The notes beneath the pieces are model-generated. The model saw only the letters and a list, made by a program, of their open reading frames with translations. It was not told the origin of the DNA and ran no database searches. A DNA stretch of 64,000 nt from Rozella allomycis CSF55. Lineage: Eukaryota. The stretch is taken from the NCBI GenBank assembly GCA_000442015.1, contig KE560926.1:1-64000 (forward strand), written 5' to 3'. Shown piece after piece: positions 48,653-61,600 of the stretch (position 1 is the first letter of the stretch; each line of letters begins with the position of its first letter). The position numbers and the translations under genes are program-made.

Positions 48653-51600
48653 ATGGGAGTTCCGGCGCTTTTCCGTTGGCTTAATAATAAGTATCCAAAA
48701 ATTACGAGGAGTGTTATAGAAGAAGCTGCAACTGCGAATAATACTGTTTGTGGCAGGCTGGATGCTTCTGGGCCGAATCCCAATGGGGAAGAAAATGATA
48801 ATTTGTATTTGGACATGAATGGAATTATCCATCCTTGTTGTAAACCGGAAGGCAGAGAGGCACCGAAAACGGAGGAGGATATGTTTTTGGCGATATTTGA
48901 GTATATAGACAGAATATTTGCGATGGTCCGACCGAGGAAGCTGCTTTATATGGCTATAGATGGTGTTGCGCCTAGAGCAAAGATGAACCAACAGAGAAGC
49001 AGAAGATTTAGGTCTGTGAAAGAGTTGGCGATGAAAAAGGCGAAAGAGGAAGAGATGATTGAGAATGGATTTGAGGTACCCAACACAGAGGATGGAGGAG
49101 AAGAATTTGATAGAAACTGTATTACCCCTGGGACAATGTTTATGTATAATTTGTCAAAGGCATTAAGATATTATGTGCATGATAGATTGAGTAATGATCC
49201 TGGCTGGAAGAATGTGAAAGTGATGTTTTCAGACGCGAGTGTACCTGGAGAGGGAGAGCATAAAATAATGACTTTTATTAGACAGCAAAGAATGAGTGAA
49301 GATCACGATATGAATACTAGTCATGTGATGTATGGACTTGACGCTGATTTGATAATGTTGGCGTTGGCTACACATGAACCACATTTTAAAATATTGAGAG
49401 AAGATGTATTTGCAGAAGATAGTACTAAAAGGTTTACGTGTACAAAATGCCAAAAGACTGGCCACATTGCAGCAGATTGTCCATTGGATAATCCAGAGAA
49501 GAGTGCCGTCCAGCCAAAGCCATTTATATTTTTAGATGTTGGGATTTTGAGAGAGTATTTGGAAGCAGAAATGAAAACAAATCCAAAATTAGATTTAGAG
49601 AGACTGATTGATGATTGGGTGTTTTTGTGTTTCTTTGTTGGAAATGATTTTCTTCCGCATCTTCCGTCATTAGAGATTAGAGAAGGAGCGATTGATAAAC
49701 TTTTAGAAATATACAAGAGAAGATTTGATGAAATGGGAGATTATTTAACGAATAATGGAATTGTAGATTTATCACGTGTGGCAATCATTATGGAAGAATT
49801 AGGGAGAATTGAAGATTCGGTTTTTAAGTCTAGAAGAGACAGAGAAGAAAGAAGAAGAGCGAATTTTAAAAGAAGAAGAATGGAAAATAATAATCCAATT
49901 CCAAACCAAGAAGAAATCATCGCTGCAAAGAATATTGAAATGGCGTCTCTTTTAAGATCTAAATTAGCCAAGAAATCTATTAAAGAAAATGAAGAAAACG
50001 AAGAAGAGAAAAGAAATTCAAGTGAAGCCAAAGATAAAGATAAAGAAGAGATTAGTGACAAAGTAGAAGTAGAAGAATTAAAAGAAGAGAAGGAAGAAGG
50101 GAATGGGGACAAGGAAGAAATAAAAGTTCTCAAAGGTGATTTGAATGCTCAGCTTACTGAATCAAAAGCTGAAGATTTTAAAGTGGAAACCAAAAATAGT
50201 TTAGAATCTACTGAAACTAAAGATGAAAATACTGAAATCATGGAATCTAAAAGCGTCACTGAAGTTGGATCAACAATCACAGAAATTAAAAGGCCAATCG
50301 ATGAAGATGAAAGTGACCCTGAACCTTACGATGACGTCAGACTTTGGGAAAATGGTTGGAAAGAAAGATATTACTCTTCTAAATTTGGGATTGAATTGTC
50401 TGATACTTCATTTATAGATGATCTAGTATTCAATTACGTCCAAGGTCTTTGTTGGGTTTTACAATACTATTACAGGGGTTGTCCATCATGGAATTGGTAT
50501 TTCCCATATCATTACGCTCCATTCGCTTCTGATTTCACAAAAATATCCAATCTGGATATTAAATTTGATCTAGGAACTCCATTTAAACCACTTGAACAGT
50601 TGATGGGTGTGTTGCCAGCTGAAAGTAGACAATTTCTTCCTCCAGGGTTACAAAAACTAATGATTGACGATGATTCACCAATAATTGATTTTTATCCAAA
50701 AGATTTTTCGATTGATTTGAATGGAAAAATTCATGCTTGGCAAGGGGTTGCACTTTTACCTTTTATTGATGAACAAAGACTTTTAGAAGCAATTTCAAAT
50801 GTTCAATTATCAAAAGAAGAAGAGAAGATGAATGAACAAGGCGAAGAGTCTATTTATCTTGGAAACTCGCATCCTGCATTTTCAATTGTTTTAGATCTTT
50901 ATGAACCAACAATAAAAGAAGAAATAATAGAAGTGGATGCAAAACTATTTGATGGTTTATCTGGATTAATTGGCCCCGATTCTAATGCTGTTCTCCCTGG
51001 TCAGATCTTTCCTAGACCATTTAAACAAGTTTCAGATTTGGAAAACAACAATGCTATTTCGTAATTAATTTTAATTTCTTTAATAAAAGATGTTTGTATT
51101 TCCATCCGCAGTTTCAAGACAAGCATGGATTCCAGTCAGAGTTACTTCCAGGTGTAGAACTTAAAGAGCGAGTTTTGACAAGAAATGATACTGATATGGT
51201 TAAAAGTGGCAGAAAGCATCTGTCACATGCATCCATGCACAGAGAATCTCATCAACAGAGAGAAGGAAGATCCATGCATGGCAAGTTAGACAGAAGATCC
51301 AACAGAAATGATAATTATGTTCCTAACCAAAGACAAGAATATAAACCTTACAATCGTCCAAGCAATCGCAGTAATGAGCGTTCTAGAGAACGTCCAAGTG
51401 ACAGACACAATGAATATCGTTCGTATGATCAATACAATCGTTCTTATGATCAGTATCAAGCATCAAATTATCAATCTGGATATTCTAATCAAAATCAATC
51501 TTACAGCTCTAATTCTAATCAAAATCTATCTTACAGTTCTAACTCTTATCACAATCAATCTTATAGCTCTCAATCTAGTCACAATCAATCATATTACAAT

Positions 51601-52605
51601 CAATATTATCCAAACAACAATTTTGATCAATATTCTCAATATCAAAGTCATCAACATGGTCATCATGTACAAAGTAATTCAAATCTCCATAGTCAACACG
51701 CTCATAATCAACATGGTCATCCTAATCAACANTTGTCACATGCATCCATGCACAGAGAATCTCATCAACACAGAGAAGGAAGATCCATGTATGGTAAATT
51801 AGATAGAAGATCCAACAGAAATGATAATTATGTTCCTAACCAAAGACAAGAATATAAACCTTACAATCGTCCAAGCAATCGCAGTAATGAGCGTTCTAGA
51901 GAACGTCCAAGTGACAGACACAGTGAATATCGTTCGTATGATCAATACAATCGTTCTTATGATCAGTATCAAGCATCAAATTATCAATCTGGATATTCTA
52001 ATCAAAATCAATCTTACAGCTCTAATTCTAATCAAAATCTATCTTACAGTTCTAACTCTTATCACAATCAATCTTATAGCTCTCAATCTAGTCACAATCA
52101 ATCTTATAGCTCTCAATCTAGTCACAATCAATCATATTACAATCAATATTATCCAAACAACAATTTTGATCAATATTCTCAATATCAAAGTCATCAACAT
52201 GGTCATCATGTACAAAGTAATTCAAATCTCCATAGTCAACACGCTCATAATCAACATGGTCATCCTAATCAACACGCTCCACTCGCTCACCAACAAGCAT
52301 TTCCACCGTCAAACTATTCAAACAATCCAGCTCAACAATACGGCTACCAACAGCCACAATACAGCAACATGAATTACTATGGCCCACAATCAGGATACAA
52401 TTGGAACGCACAGTATCAAACACATAATCAACATCAAGCACCAGCCCATAATCAAAACTATTATGTTCAACAATTACAAAACTACCATGGGCAGCAACAG
52501 CAGCAAAGACCATCAAGAGATCCAAGATCAAGTATCAGAAATCAAACCACGACAAACACTGCTAATCTCGCGTGGTCTAGGAACATTAATCGTCAGAAAA
52601 AGTAA
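48653..52605 (+). CDS. RAT1: 5'-3' exoribonuclease Xrn2/Rat1 with zinc knuckle and Q/N/S/Y/H-rich C-terminal tail
   Basis: MGVPALFRWL, DNLYLDMNGIIHPC, AIDGVAPRAKMNQQRSRRF, PGEGEHKIM, CTKCQKTGHIAADC, GNDFLPHLPSL, WYFPYHYAP; one intron about 51061-51089. Confidence 0.96.
51220..52274. repeat. Near-identical tandem duplication (512 and 542 nt) separated by a single N at 51732
   Basis: The copies differ by about 7 substitutions and one extra 30-nt unit (SYSSQSSHNQ) in copy 2. Confidence 0.9.
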
Positions 52606-52668
52606 TAAAAGTTCAAGTTAAATTCAAAAATCTTTTAATTTCATATCCATTATCCATTATAAGTTTAT

Positions 52669-55600
52669 TTATTTGTAGAATCTCTGTCTGAAAGCATCCA
52701 CAGTTTTAGCATTCCTCTCTTTCCTCACAAAACTCGGTTTCATTTCATAAAGCGATCTAGGAAACTGTTTAACAGCCCTTTCTTCAACCTCAATAAACGG
52801 CGGCGGTCTCTTTAGAATAAACGAAATATCCAAATCCACATCAACATTGACCAAATCCAGCACATTCTGAATAGAAACATCATGCACGGTATAAGACGCG
52901 TGGTTGACTACAGAGTTGACAATGTGATCGTCGTCGTATTGAAACAGAGAGCATTTGTGGTTGTATTCTTGCTGTTTCAATACTTCGAATGATTTCTTCA
53001 ATTGGTAAAATAGAGCGGGTGATGATCGCAGGGGATCGGCAGCGAGTAGTTCAAATGTTTTCAGGATTGATTCTCTGGATTTGAAGAGATTCAGGGGATC
53101 AATGTTTTCCTATACTTTGAATTTATGCATATTACTGAATCGAATGCAGAGTCTGGGTTGATTTCAAAAGAAAGTTTTTCTAGTTTATCAAGGATGGCTA
53201 GATCAGATTGATGTGAAGTAGACCATGAATTTATTTTGAAAGAAAGGGGATCCAAGTATATTTCTTTTGAGATTTCATTTGGATGCAAAATCTATATTAA
53301 GATGGATAACAATTTACGTTTTCTATTTTCGAATTGTTAATTAATGATTTTATTTTCTCATTGAATACAATTCTTGTGCCTAAACCTTTAAAGGGAAGAG
53401 TGAATGATTTTTCATGGCAAATGATTGAAAGGGATCCATTCAATGATCCAGTTTTATTGGCGATTAAATTCAAGTCGATTTGTTTTGATTGTTTTGATAA
53501 AATAGAAAAAGATTCTGGTAAAATTAACTTGTAGTCTTTTGATTCAACTGAAGTAATGACTACGTTGGCAGTAACATCGCCCTTGTTTATTAACTGAATT
53601 TTAGCTTGTTGAATGAAATAACAAGGACAGAAACCTTTTTAATTAAAATTATGTTTGTATTACCAAAGTTTAGAATAGAAGAGGGTTTGATTAGTAGATT
53701 GAATGTACCGCCGACACCAAAGGCGATTATTTCCTTGTAATTTGTTCCTTTGCATTCAACAATAAAATTTTCTTGAAATTTAATGAAATTATTTGGTGTG
53801 AATGAAAGATCTACATTTTCAGATTCATGGACATTCAAAGTTCCATGTAATTTTGACAATCTAAAGACATCTTTTTGATGATAATTGATAGACCATTTAA
53901 GTGGTACTTTACCTAATGATTATTCAATAGGTTTCTATTTACCTAATTATTATTAAAGCATATTATTACCTCTGTTAACTAGCGTGAATGATTTGCTGTA
54001 TAAACAATCCACAGCACACACGCCAAAATCCAAACAAGAATGCCTAATAAACAAATCGGGCTGCACCGACTTTCCTCTCACCGTGCAATCAAACACACCC
54101 ACATTAGTCTTCAAGTGAATCTGGCTTCTCAGTTCATACGCGCCAGAAGGCAGCCAGCTAATTTTAACCATTGCTCTATCCAGCCCATTAATAGAAATAC
54201 AATTCGGCTCTACTCTGATGGGGAATGCAGCAATAATGTCAATTTGGAGTGGATACTTTCCAATATTTACCAAAGGAATTTCCCTCGTCGACAGTTCAAA
54301 GACGGGACAGGTGGACAGGTTTATTGATTCGATTAGAGATAAATCCAGAAGAGCTTCTTCGCATTGCCCCATCAAGTCGACGTGATAGAATTTGTCATTG
54401 GCGTCTGTTTTAATAACTATTTTTTCTTCGAATGGGCCAGTTTTGAATGGAATGCAGCTTGTAGAGATTTCAACAGACTTTTTAGGTAGAACTAGTCCTT
54501 TGAATGTGTGCAGTTGAATGAATGAAGGTTTTGTTAATGGTTTAATAGAAAACTTTGTTTTAACAGAGCCAATGTTTTTAATTATGAAAGATAGTTTGGG
54601 TTTGGTGGATTTTTCAAAAAAGCCGAAATCTAATTTTGATTTTGACACTTCTAGACTGATTGTGCCAGAATGTAATTTGATTGGAATTAGATGCCTTGAA
54701 TAAGGAGAAGAAACTAATAAATGAAGTTGCAAATCTAAATCTTTTGGTGGTTTAAAATAAATCATTAAATTTGATTCTTCAAATGGTAAAATAGTTAAAT
54801 TGGATGGTTGAAGAATTATTAAATTATTAACAATTGAATCTAAAAATAGAAATCTAATAATAATACCCTTGTCTTTATCTTTATCTTTTTCATGAATAGA
54901 AAATGTTAATGGATAATTAACTTGACCAACATTTTTAAAAGTAATTGAATCAGAATATGTATTCCCTTTGAATATAATTGTATGTTATTTACCAACAATG
55001 CAGTCTATGAATTCAAGAGATGATTTTGAGATTAGCAAGACAGATTCTCTTCCAGTTCCAATTAATTCAATTTCATATTTTTCTAATAAAGTTCCAATTA
55101 TAACTTTTCCTGCTGGAGGATTCTCTTCCATTGGCATAAAAATTAATGGCAAATTAAATGTCGTTCCTTTAAATTGTTAACAATCAATGTTACCTGGTTG
55201 AAGTGATATTCTATCCATTGGCCATTCAATTCCTTTAACTGTGAGAATAGATTAATTACCTCTAGAATAATGTTTAGATTCAACCAAATCAAACAATGTT
55301 AAATGAAGAATTGCATTTCCTTCATTTGTTATTGGCAAATAAGACAATGTTTGTTTTCCCAGCATACACAACCCAAAATCAAACCTATATATGTTAAAAG
55401 TAAAGATTTATACCTATTTCAAAGATTAACAATTGATTACCTAGATTATCTACTCTACCTTTTTCTACCTTTTAAATTTGGTTAAACTGATTCGCGCAAA
55501 TCCACCCCCACCAAACATCCCCAACCTAATCCTCTGCGAACAATCAGGTTCAAAATACACAGGCGCACTCTGCACAGCTTCTTCCGTCGGCTTAAAAATA

Positions 55601-58600
55601 AACGCAATAGTAACAGACTCATTAACATTTAAATTACCCTTATTAGGAACAACAACCAGCGATGAATTTTCATTAACAATTTTAAATGAAATAGATTTAT
55701 GCCCAACATTTCTGAAATTTCTGTAAATAGTTTCAGATTGGCCCAACGGCTGTCGACCAAAATTTAAAGTTGAATTGTCGTCTACTAGAATTGTGACTAG
55801 TTTGGGAGAGGCTGTGATTAATGTTTCAATGTTTTTGGTGTTTGGTATGTCTACTTTGCCAATGAGGGTGGATGAGAATGATTCTTCGTTGGGAAGTAAT
55901 AGTTCTATTGTTATTTCAATCTCTGAATGTCCATTGATCATTGTTTCTGATGGGAATACTTTGATAAATGGTTTTGTTGTGCATAGTGATTGTGAACCAA
56001 CTGGATTTGTTGTTATTAAATGATAAAACATTTGCTTCTTTTTCAATTGAATTGATAATATATTCAACATGTTCTTTTTAGTCAATTGTTTAATATCTAT
56101 CAATGATAATAGATGATTATTTACCCAACCCTTTCTCTAAACAACTCTCAAAGCTTACCTTGATCTTTTAGTACCATTCGTTTAATCAACATCCAATAAT
56201 CTTTAGCTTTAAATTCAACAGATTCATTTCTATCCTTTTTCTCTTTAATTAATTGATTTCTTAAAAAGGGAGATCTTGGATCTGTAACTGAAAATTGTTC
56301 TTCTAGATTAACAAAAGATCCATTAGTTTTATTCTGTCCAACAATTGAAAATTCAAATTTTATTCTCGTTGAAATTGAACCCGCATTCGTTATTTTAATC
56401 TTCTTTTGATAAGCATACATGGCTGCTATATCACTAAAATTCAAATCTCCATTAAACGCTAAATTAATTGTTCCACTCTTGCCTATTCTAATCATTTGTG
56501 TTATTTCAAACCTTTTAATGGAATAGTCAAGTCATTTCTTTCAGCAAATATGTGAATAAATGAAGTAACACTCTCTTCTACTCTACTATTAAATCTAACT
56601 AGAAAATCCATGGCACTTGAAGCATTCAACATGAATTGACCATCTTTAATCCAATTAAAGCTAGTAACCTTTAAAAGTACAATTAAAATTAAATTATTTA
56701 CCTATTAATCAAATATAGTTGAATTCTTTCACCTAGTAATCATTTACCAGTACTACTTTACCTATATTAATCATTCCAACTACTACTTTACCTAGTAATC
56801 ATCCAAATTATTCTCCTTTACCTTTTTTCTCTTCTCTTCTTTGATTCTCTCCACAGGATACGCACTGCCAACCACACAAGTACTAAAATCCTGCCCATCC
56901 TGCCTAACATTAAACTGCATCGACACAAGCCCCACATTAATCAGCCTAAAATAACAATCAAAACTAGTAAACAGTGGAATAGTCCCAAAATCAATACACT
57001 CAATTCTAAATCCATCCAGACTCTCCACCTGCAGCTTGCCCAGTCCACCCATCCCAACAACTTTAAGTGAAATGCACTCCTTTTCATACAAGATCTTCAA
57101 ATTGGCAATATATTTGCTATCAGTGCGTGGCTTGAACACAAATCTTAGAGGAATTACACTGTTGGCTTCAATGTAGCCTCGTCGTGGTTGGATGTCCATT
57201 TCACGGATTCCTGTTGGCTGGATCAAATAGTCGATTGAAAAACACGATGAATTTACAAGCTTGAAATTGTTTATCATGCAAGTTAACACTGGCTGCACCT
57301 TTAAATCCAATTCTACATTCTTGTCTGTTGAACTAATTGTTCTTTCGTTGGAATCAATCAGCGATAATCTTGGAACACTACTGGCTCCATTCAATTCCAC
57401 ATCTACAAATTCTTTTCGTGTGTAAATTCTTATAATCTTTTTAAATTCAATTGATTCTGCTGGATTGAATACTATTTTACATTTAATCTTGGAATATGCA
57501 TCTACACACCCTTGATTTGGTTCAATAAACAGTCCATCGTTTTCTAATTCAATCATCCATCTTGTTTTGCCATCCTTTTTTATTGTTTCATAGTCATCAT
57601 CTTCCAATAAACTCCAATCCAAGTTTCCTGGTTGTGGTCGAACCTAAAAGATTTAGGGGTTTAAAAGTACATTACCTTGAAATTAATGCCTAAATTACTC
57701 AAGTTACCTATTATCAAATTATTCAGTATAGATACCTATATTCAAATTATTTCAGTATAGATACCTATTATCAAATTATTTCATCTTATTACCTTGAAAT
57801 TGAATGGCAAATTGCCTTTGTTTTCAATAAGAATCTCTTTTTTAAAAGTAGATTCAACTCTACACATCCCAAAGTCTACAAACAATTCATCAACAGCCAA
57901 CACAGCTTTCCCTATTAAACACCCACAAACACTCATTACCACCATGCCCTCTCACCAGCGTAACAAACGAGCTAAACCCATAATAAAATTCAATCTTATA
58001 ATCATAAAGCACCATTTCAGTCGGTTTAAACGCCAGCTTCACTTCTACCCCCTTATCAACCTTCAATTCTCCCTTATTCGGCTCAACAGTAAATGGACTG
58101 GCTGAATCATACACGTATCGTCCCTCTTTCACCTTTAAAAACCTAACTTGGAATTTAATATCAATGTTGCCGTGGTTAAACAGCTTAAACTTTTTCACCT
58201 CAAAAGACTCAATCTGACACACCCCAAATTCAATACAGTTCATAAACGTTTCTGGTTCAATCACAATCTTTGGAGCGCCAACCTTGCCCTTCAACTGGAT
58301 AGTAAAATAGTCGCCTCTAGCATCATTAGACCTAACGTAGATTTTCACATCCAAGTCTTCAATAACAGTCGGAGTAAACAGAACATTCGCTTTGGCGACA
58401 CTGTTTGGGGGAATACACACCATCCCATTGTCGCTGTTGCTCTCCAATTTAATCTGTGGATGGTAACACGCAAAAGTTAGTGATGCTTCTGCTGGGCCCT
58501 TGTTCTCAATTTCAATGGATTTCACATTCAACACGCCAATCAATGCAACATCAAAGTCTAATTCTTTTGTTAACACTTGGATCTCTGGGTATCCGCCACT

Positions 58601-61600
58601 TCCTTTAAATGATATCACTAGTGGTTTGGGTGTGTTTATTTCTTCTGATTGAACGTGGACTTTTAATTGTCCTTTGATGTTGCAAACACTTTTTGGTTGA
58701 AATTTAATCATCAAATAAACAATTCCATCACCTCATTTCAACAATTCAAACTAGTTACCTTATTATGTCAATATCTTAAACTTTTACCTAATATTTCAAC
58801 CCCGTAAACTTTTTACCTTCAATAGTACCATTCTCTGGTTCAACAGACACTTGCGGGTCGCTACTCTCAATATAAAACTTTGCNACAGACACTTGCGGAT
58901 CGCTACTCTCAATATAAAACTTTGCCGACATAACACCCTGATTAGTAACAGTAACATGATCGACATAAACAATCTGCCCCACACAAACACACTTAAAGTC
59001 AATAAAATCAGTTGAACAAGTTAAACTCGTAGACGCCCCCACTCCCTGCACAAGAATACTGCAGGTGGAATAATCTTCAGTAACCAAATGCAAAATACTC
59101 TGCATTTGGTACTGCGGCATTGACGGCTTGAACACCACATCAACAGTCTGCGTGCACCCGGGATACAATCGACCGTGCAATGGGAATATTTCTAGACAAG
59201 TTGTTAGCAATCTTTGCACTGAGAAATTGGTGTTTGTTATTTGGCCTTGCAGTGCTTTGATTAGGTTTGCGTTTTTGCCGGCTTTTCTGTAGACCATTTC
59301 TTCTTGCTCAATGCACCAGTTTAATGGGACTAGACCATTGTTAGTGAATTTAATTTCTTTTAAATGTTTATCTTGGACTCCACAAATGCCAAAATCAATC
59401 TTTTTCTCTGTTACTATTAATGGTGGTTGCAAACTGGCTTTGGTAGAGTAAACAAATTCTGTGATTGTATTGTTTATTGAAGACACTTTAAATGTTACAT
59501 CAGATTCATATTCTCCCTTATTATAAAGTTTCATCGTAATTTACTTTGGATAGTCCACCAAATGCAAAAACAAAATCTATAAATTGATTTGGCGCTAATC
59601 TTATAGGAAACAATCTCTTCAATGTCTATCATTCTCTATTTAAAACAAATCTTACATTGTCGTTGAATTTAAGTTTAAAGGTGAAATCTAATTCATCCCA
59701 ATCAACACAAATAGAATCTGGTTTTTCATCTTGCAATTCAAATTGATTCTTGAATGGATTCAATGCTTCATGATAAGATTTTACATCATCCAATGCTATC
59801 AATTGATTTGTTCTGTAATCTACAACATTCCAAGCTAATAAATCTGGATTTGAACAATTTAAATTCATCAAACTCAATTCAAATGTACTTGTATTAAACA
59901 ATCTAAATGTTTTTGTTTTACACGAACCAACTCCAACCAATCCAAAATCTATCAAGCTTGGCAAATCTTTAATTGAAACAAATTCAACATTATTAAATAC
60001 ATCAACTGCATTTTCATTCTCTTTCAATAGTTTGGCATCTTTCAACACTGAATCTTTTAACGTTGAGTCTTTTAAGATTGAAGAATCTTTCTGTTTCAAC
60101 TCCTTTATATCTTTCACCTCCTTGACCTCTTTCAACTCATGTTCTTCAACTCCTTCAACTTCAATTATCCTCTTCACACTCTTAGGCCTCGCCAAATTAT
60201 TCTCCAACACAATCTTCCCACTATTAGCCATCAAAGACACAGCAAATGTTTTTCCTTTATGACAAATACAAATAAAATCAGAAAAATAATCAGTCAAAAT
60301 TGGCTGAAACGAAATACTCAACACAATCTTACTCAACTTTGGTATCATCTTGATAATAGACTTTCCATTCAACATAAACGGTTGCTTTGGCGGTAATAAT
60401 GAAATAAAAGTATCCATTGGTGAATTATTATAGATTGTTATTGATTTGTTCACTGAATTGCCAACTTGTACATCGCCAAATGATATTGATTCATTAGTGA
60501 ATTGGATCTCTCCTTCGCCAATACTAGACTCCAAATTTATTATCTTTATTGGAACATTTATCAATTTATTCTTTTCATGCTCCAAACAGTTAATCTCCAT
60601 CTTTGAATGATAGTTTCCTTGTCTCAATGCTTGAAACGACACATCAACACAATACATTTCATATCCATACAACTTGCCATGCGTAGTATTCAATGAAAAT
60701 GGCACTGTAACCTTTTCTTCATTTACTTTATCTAAATATATCTTTGCCTCCCATGACACTTCAATTGGAAATCTATTATAGATCATCAACCGCTCACTCG
60801 TCTTTTCATTCGATTTCGGTGATCCTATTTGAATAACACTTTTAGTTCTTGTTTCTGTCCATATTTGGTTTTGATACACTCCATACAAACTACATCCAAC
60901 ACAACTCTTTCCTATCTCAACCCTTCACCATTAATTACCTTGATCATCACACACAGAAATCGATCCAACAATCGTATTGCTCTGATCTTCAATAAACAAA
61001 TCAAAATAGTTATAATCAATCCCCACAACCAACTCTACACTCTTGTTCGGATACAACGTTCCTTCAACTTCATTCACTACAAAGAATGGCCACGACACTA
61101 CAATTCTATACTTTTGCACTATAGAAGCCACACACGTCAATGTAACTGAAACATTCTTATTCACTTTCAAATACAACGCATTGCAACTCAATTTAAATAT
61201 TTCTGGAGGCGCTTGAATAGATTCAACAACTTCAACCAAATAATCACTCTCACTAAACATCAATCTTCTATCCTCTTCTCGCCCAAACAATGTTCTTATT
61301 TGCGCTACAGTCTTCACCTTCAAAAACGCTTCACTCAAACTCATTCCAAATATCACATAAACTACTTTCGGCATCTTTATCGGCTCACTCATCTTTACAC
61401 TCAAATTACTTTTATAAATCCCTCCCTTGGCTGGATTAAACACCAAATCCACAAAATACACTGAACAACTCGGCATACACAACACCAACACTTGCTCATC
61501 CTCTTCATTCTTCATCTCTGCCTTTACCATCTCATTCTTATTATAAACACTATTAGGCTTCATACTGAACACACCATTCTTCTTTTCTATTCTAACTTCC

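Noticed and set aside
51308-52621. Alternative-frame I/N/L-rich ORFs
   Set aside because: Off-frame readings of the low-complexity XRN2 tail.
56669-57792. About 30-nt periodic repeats as a CRISPR array or plain minisatellite
   Set aside because: Eukaryotic intronic context, no repeat-spacer alternation and no cas genes; the units are defined by GT..AG ends rather than by a constant repeat.
58843-58925. Real 14-aa internal duplication in the giant protein
   Set aside because: Split by a single N with one synonymous SNP; best explained as an assembly bubble of a heterozygous site.
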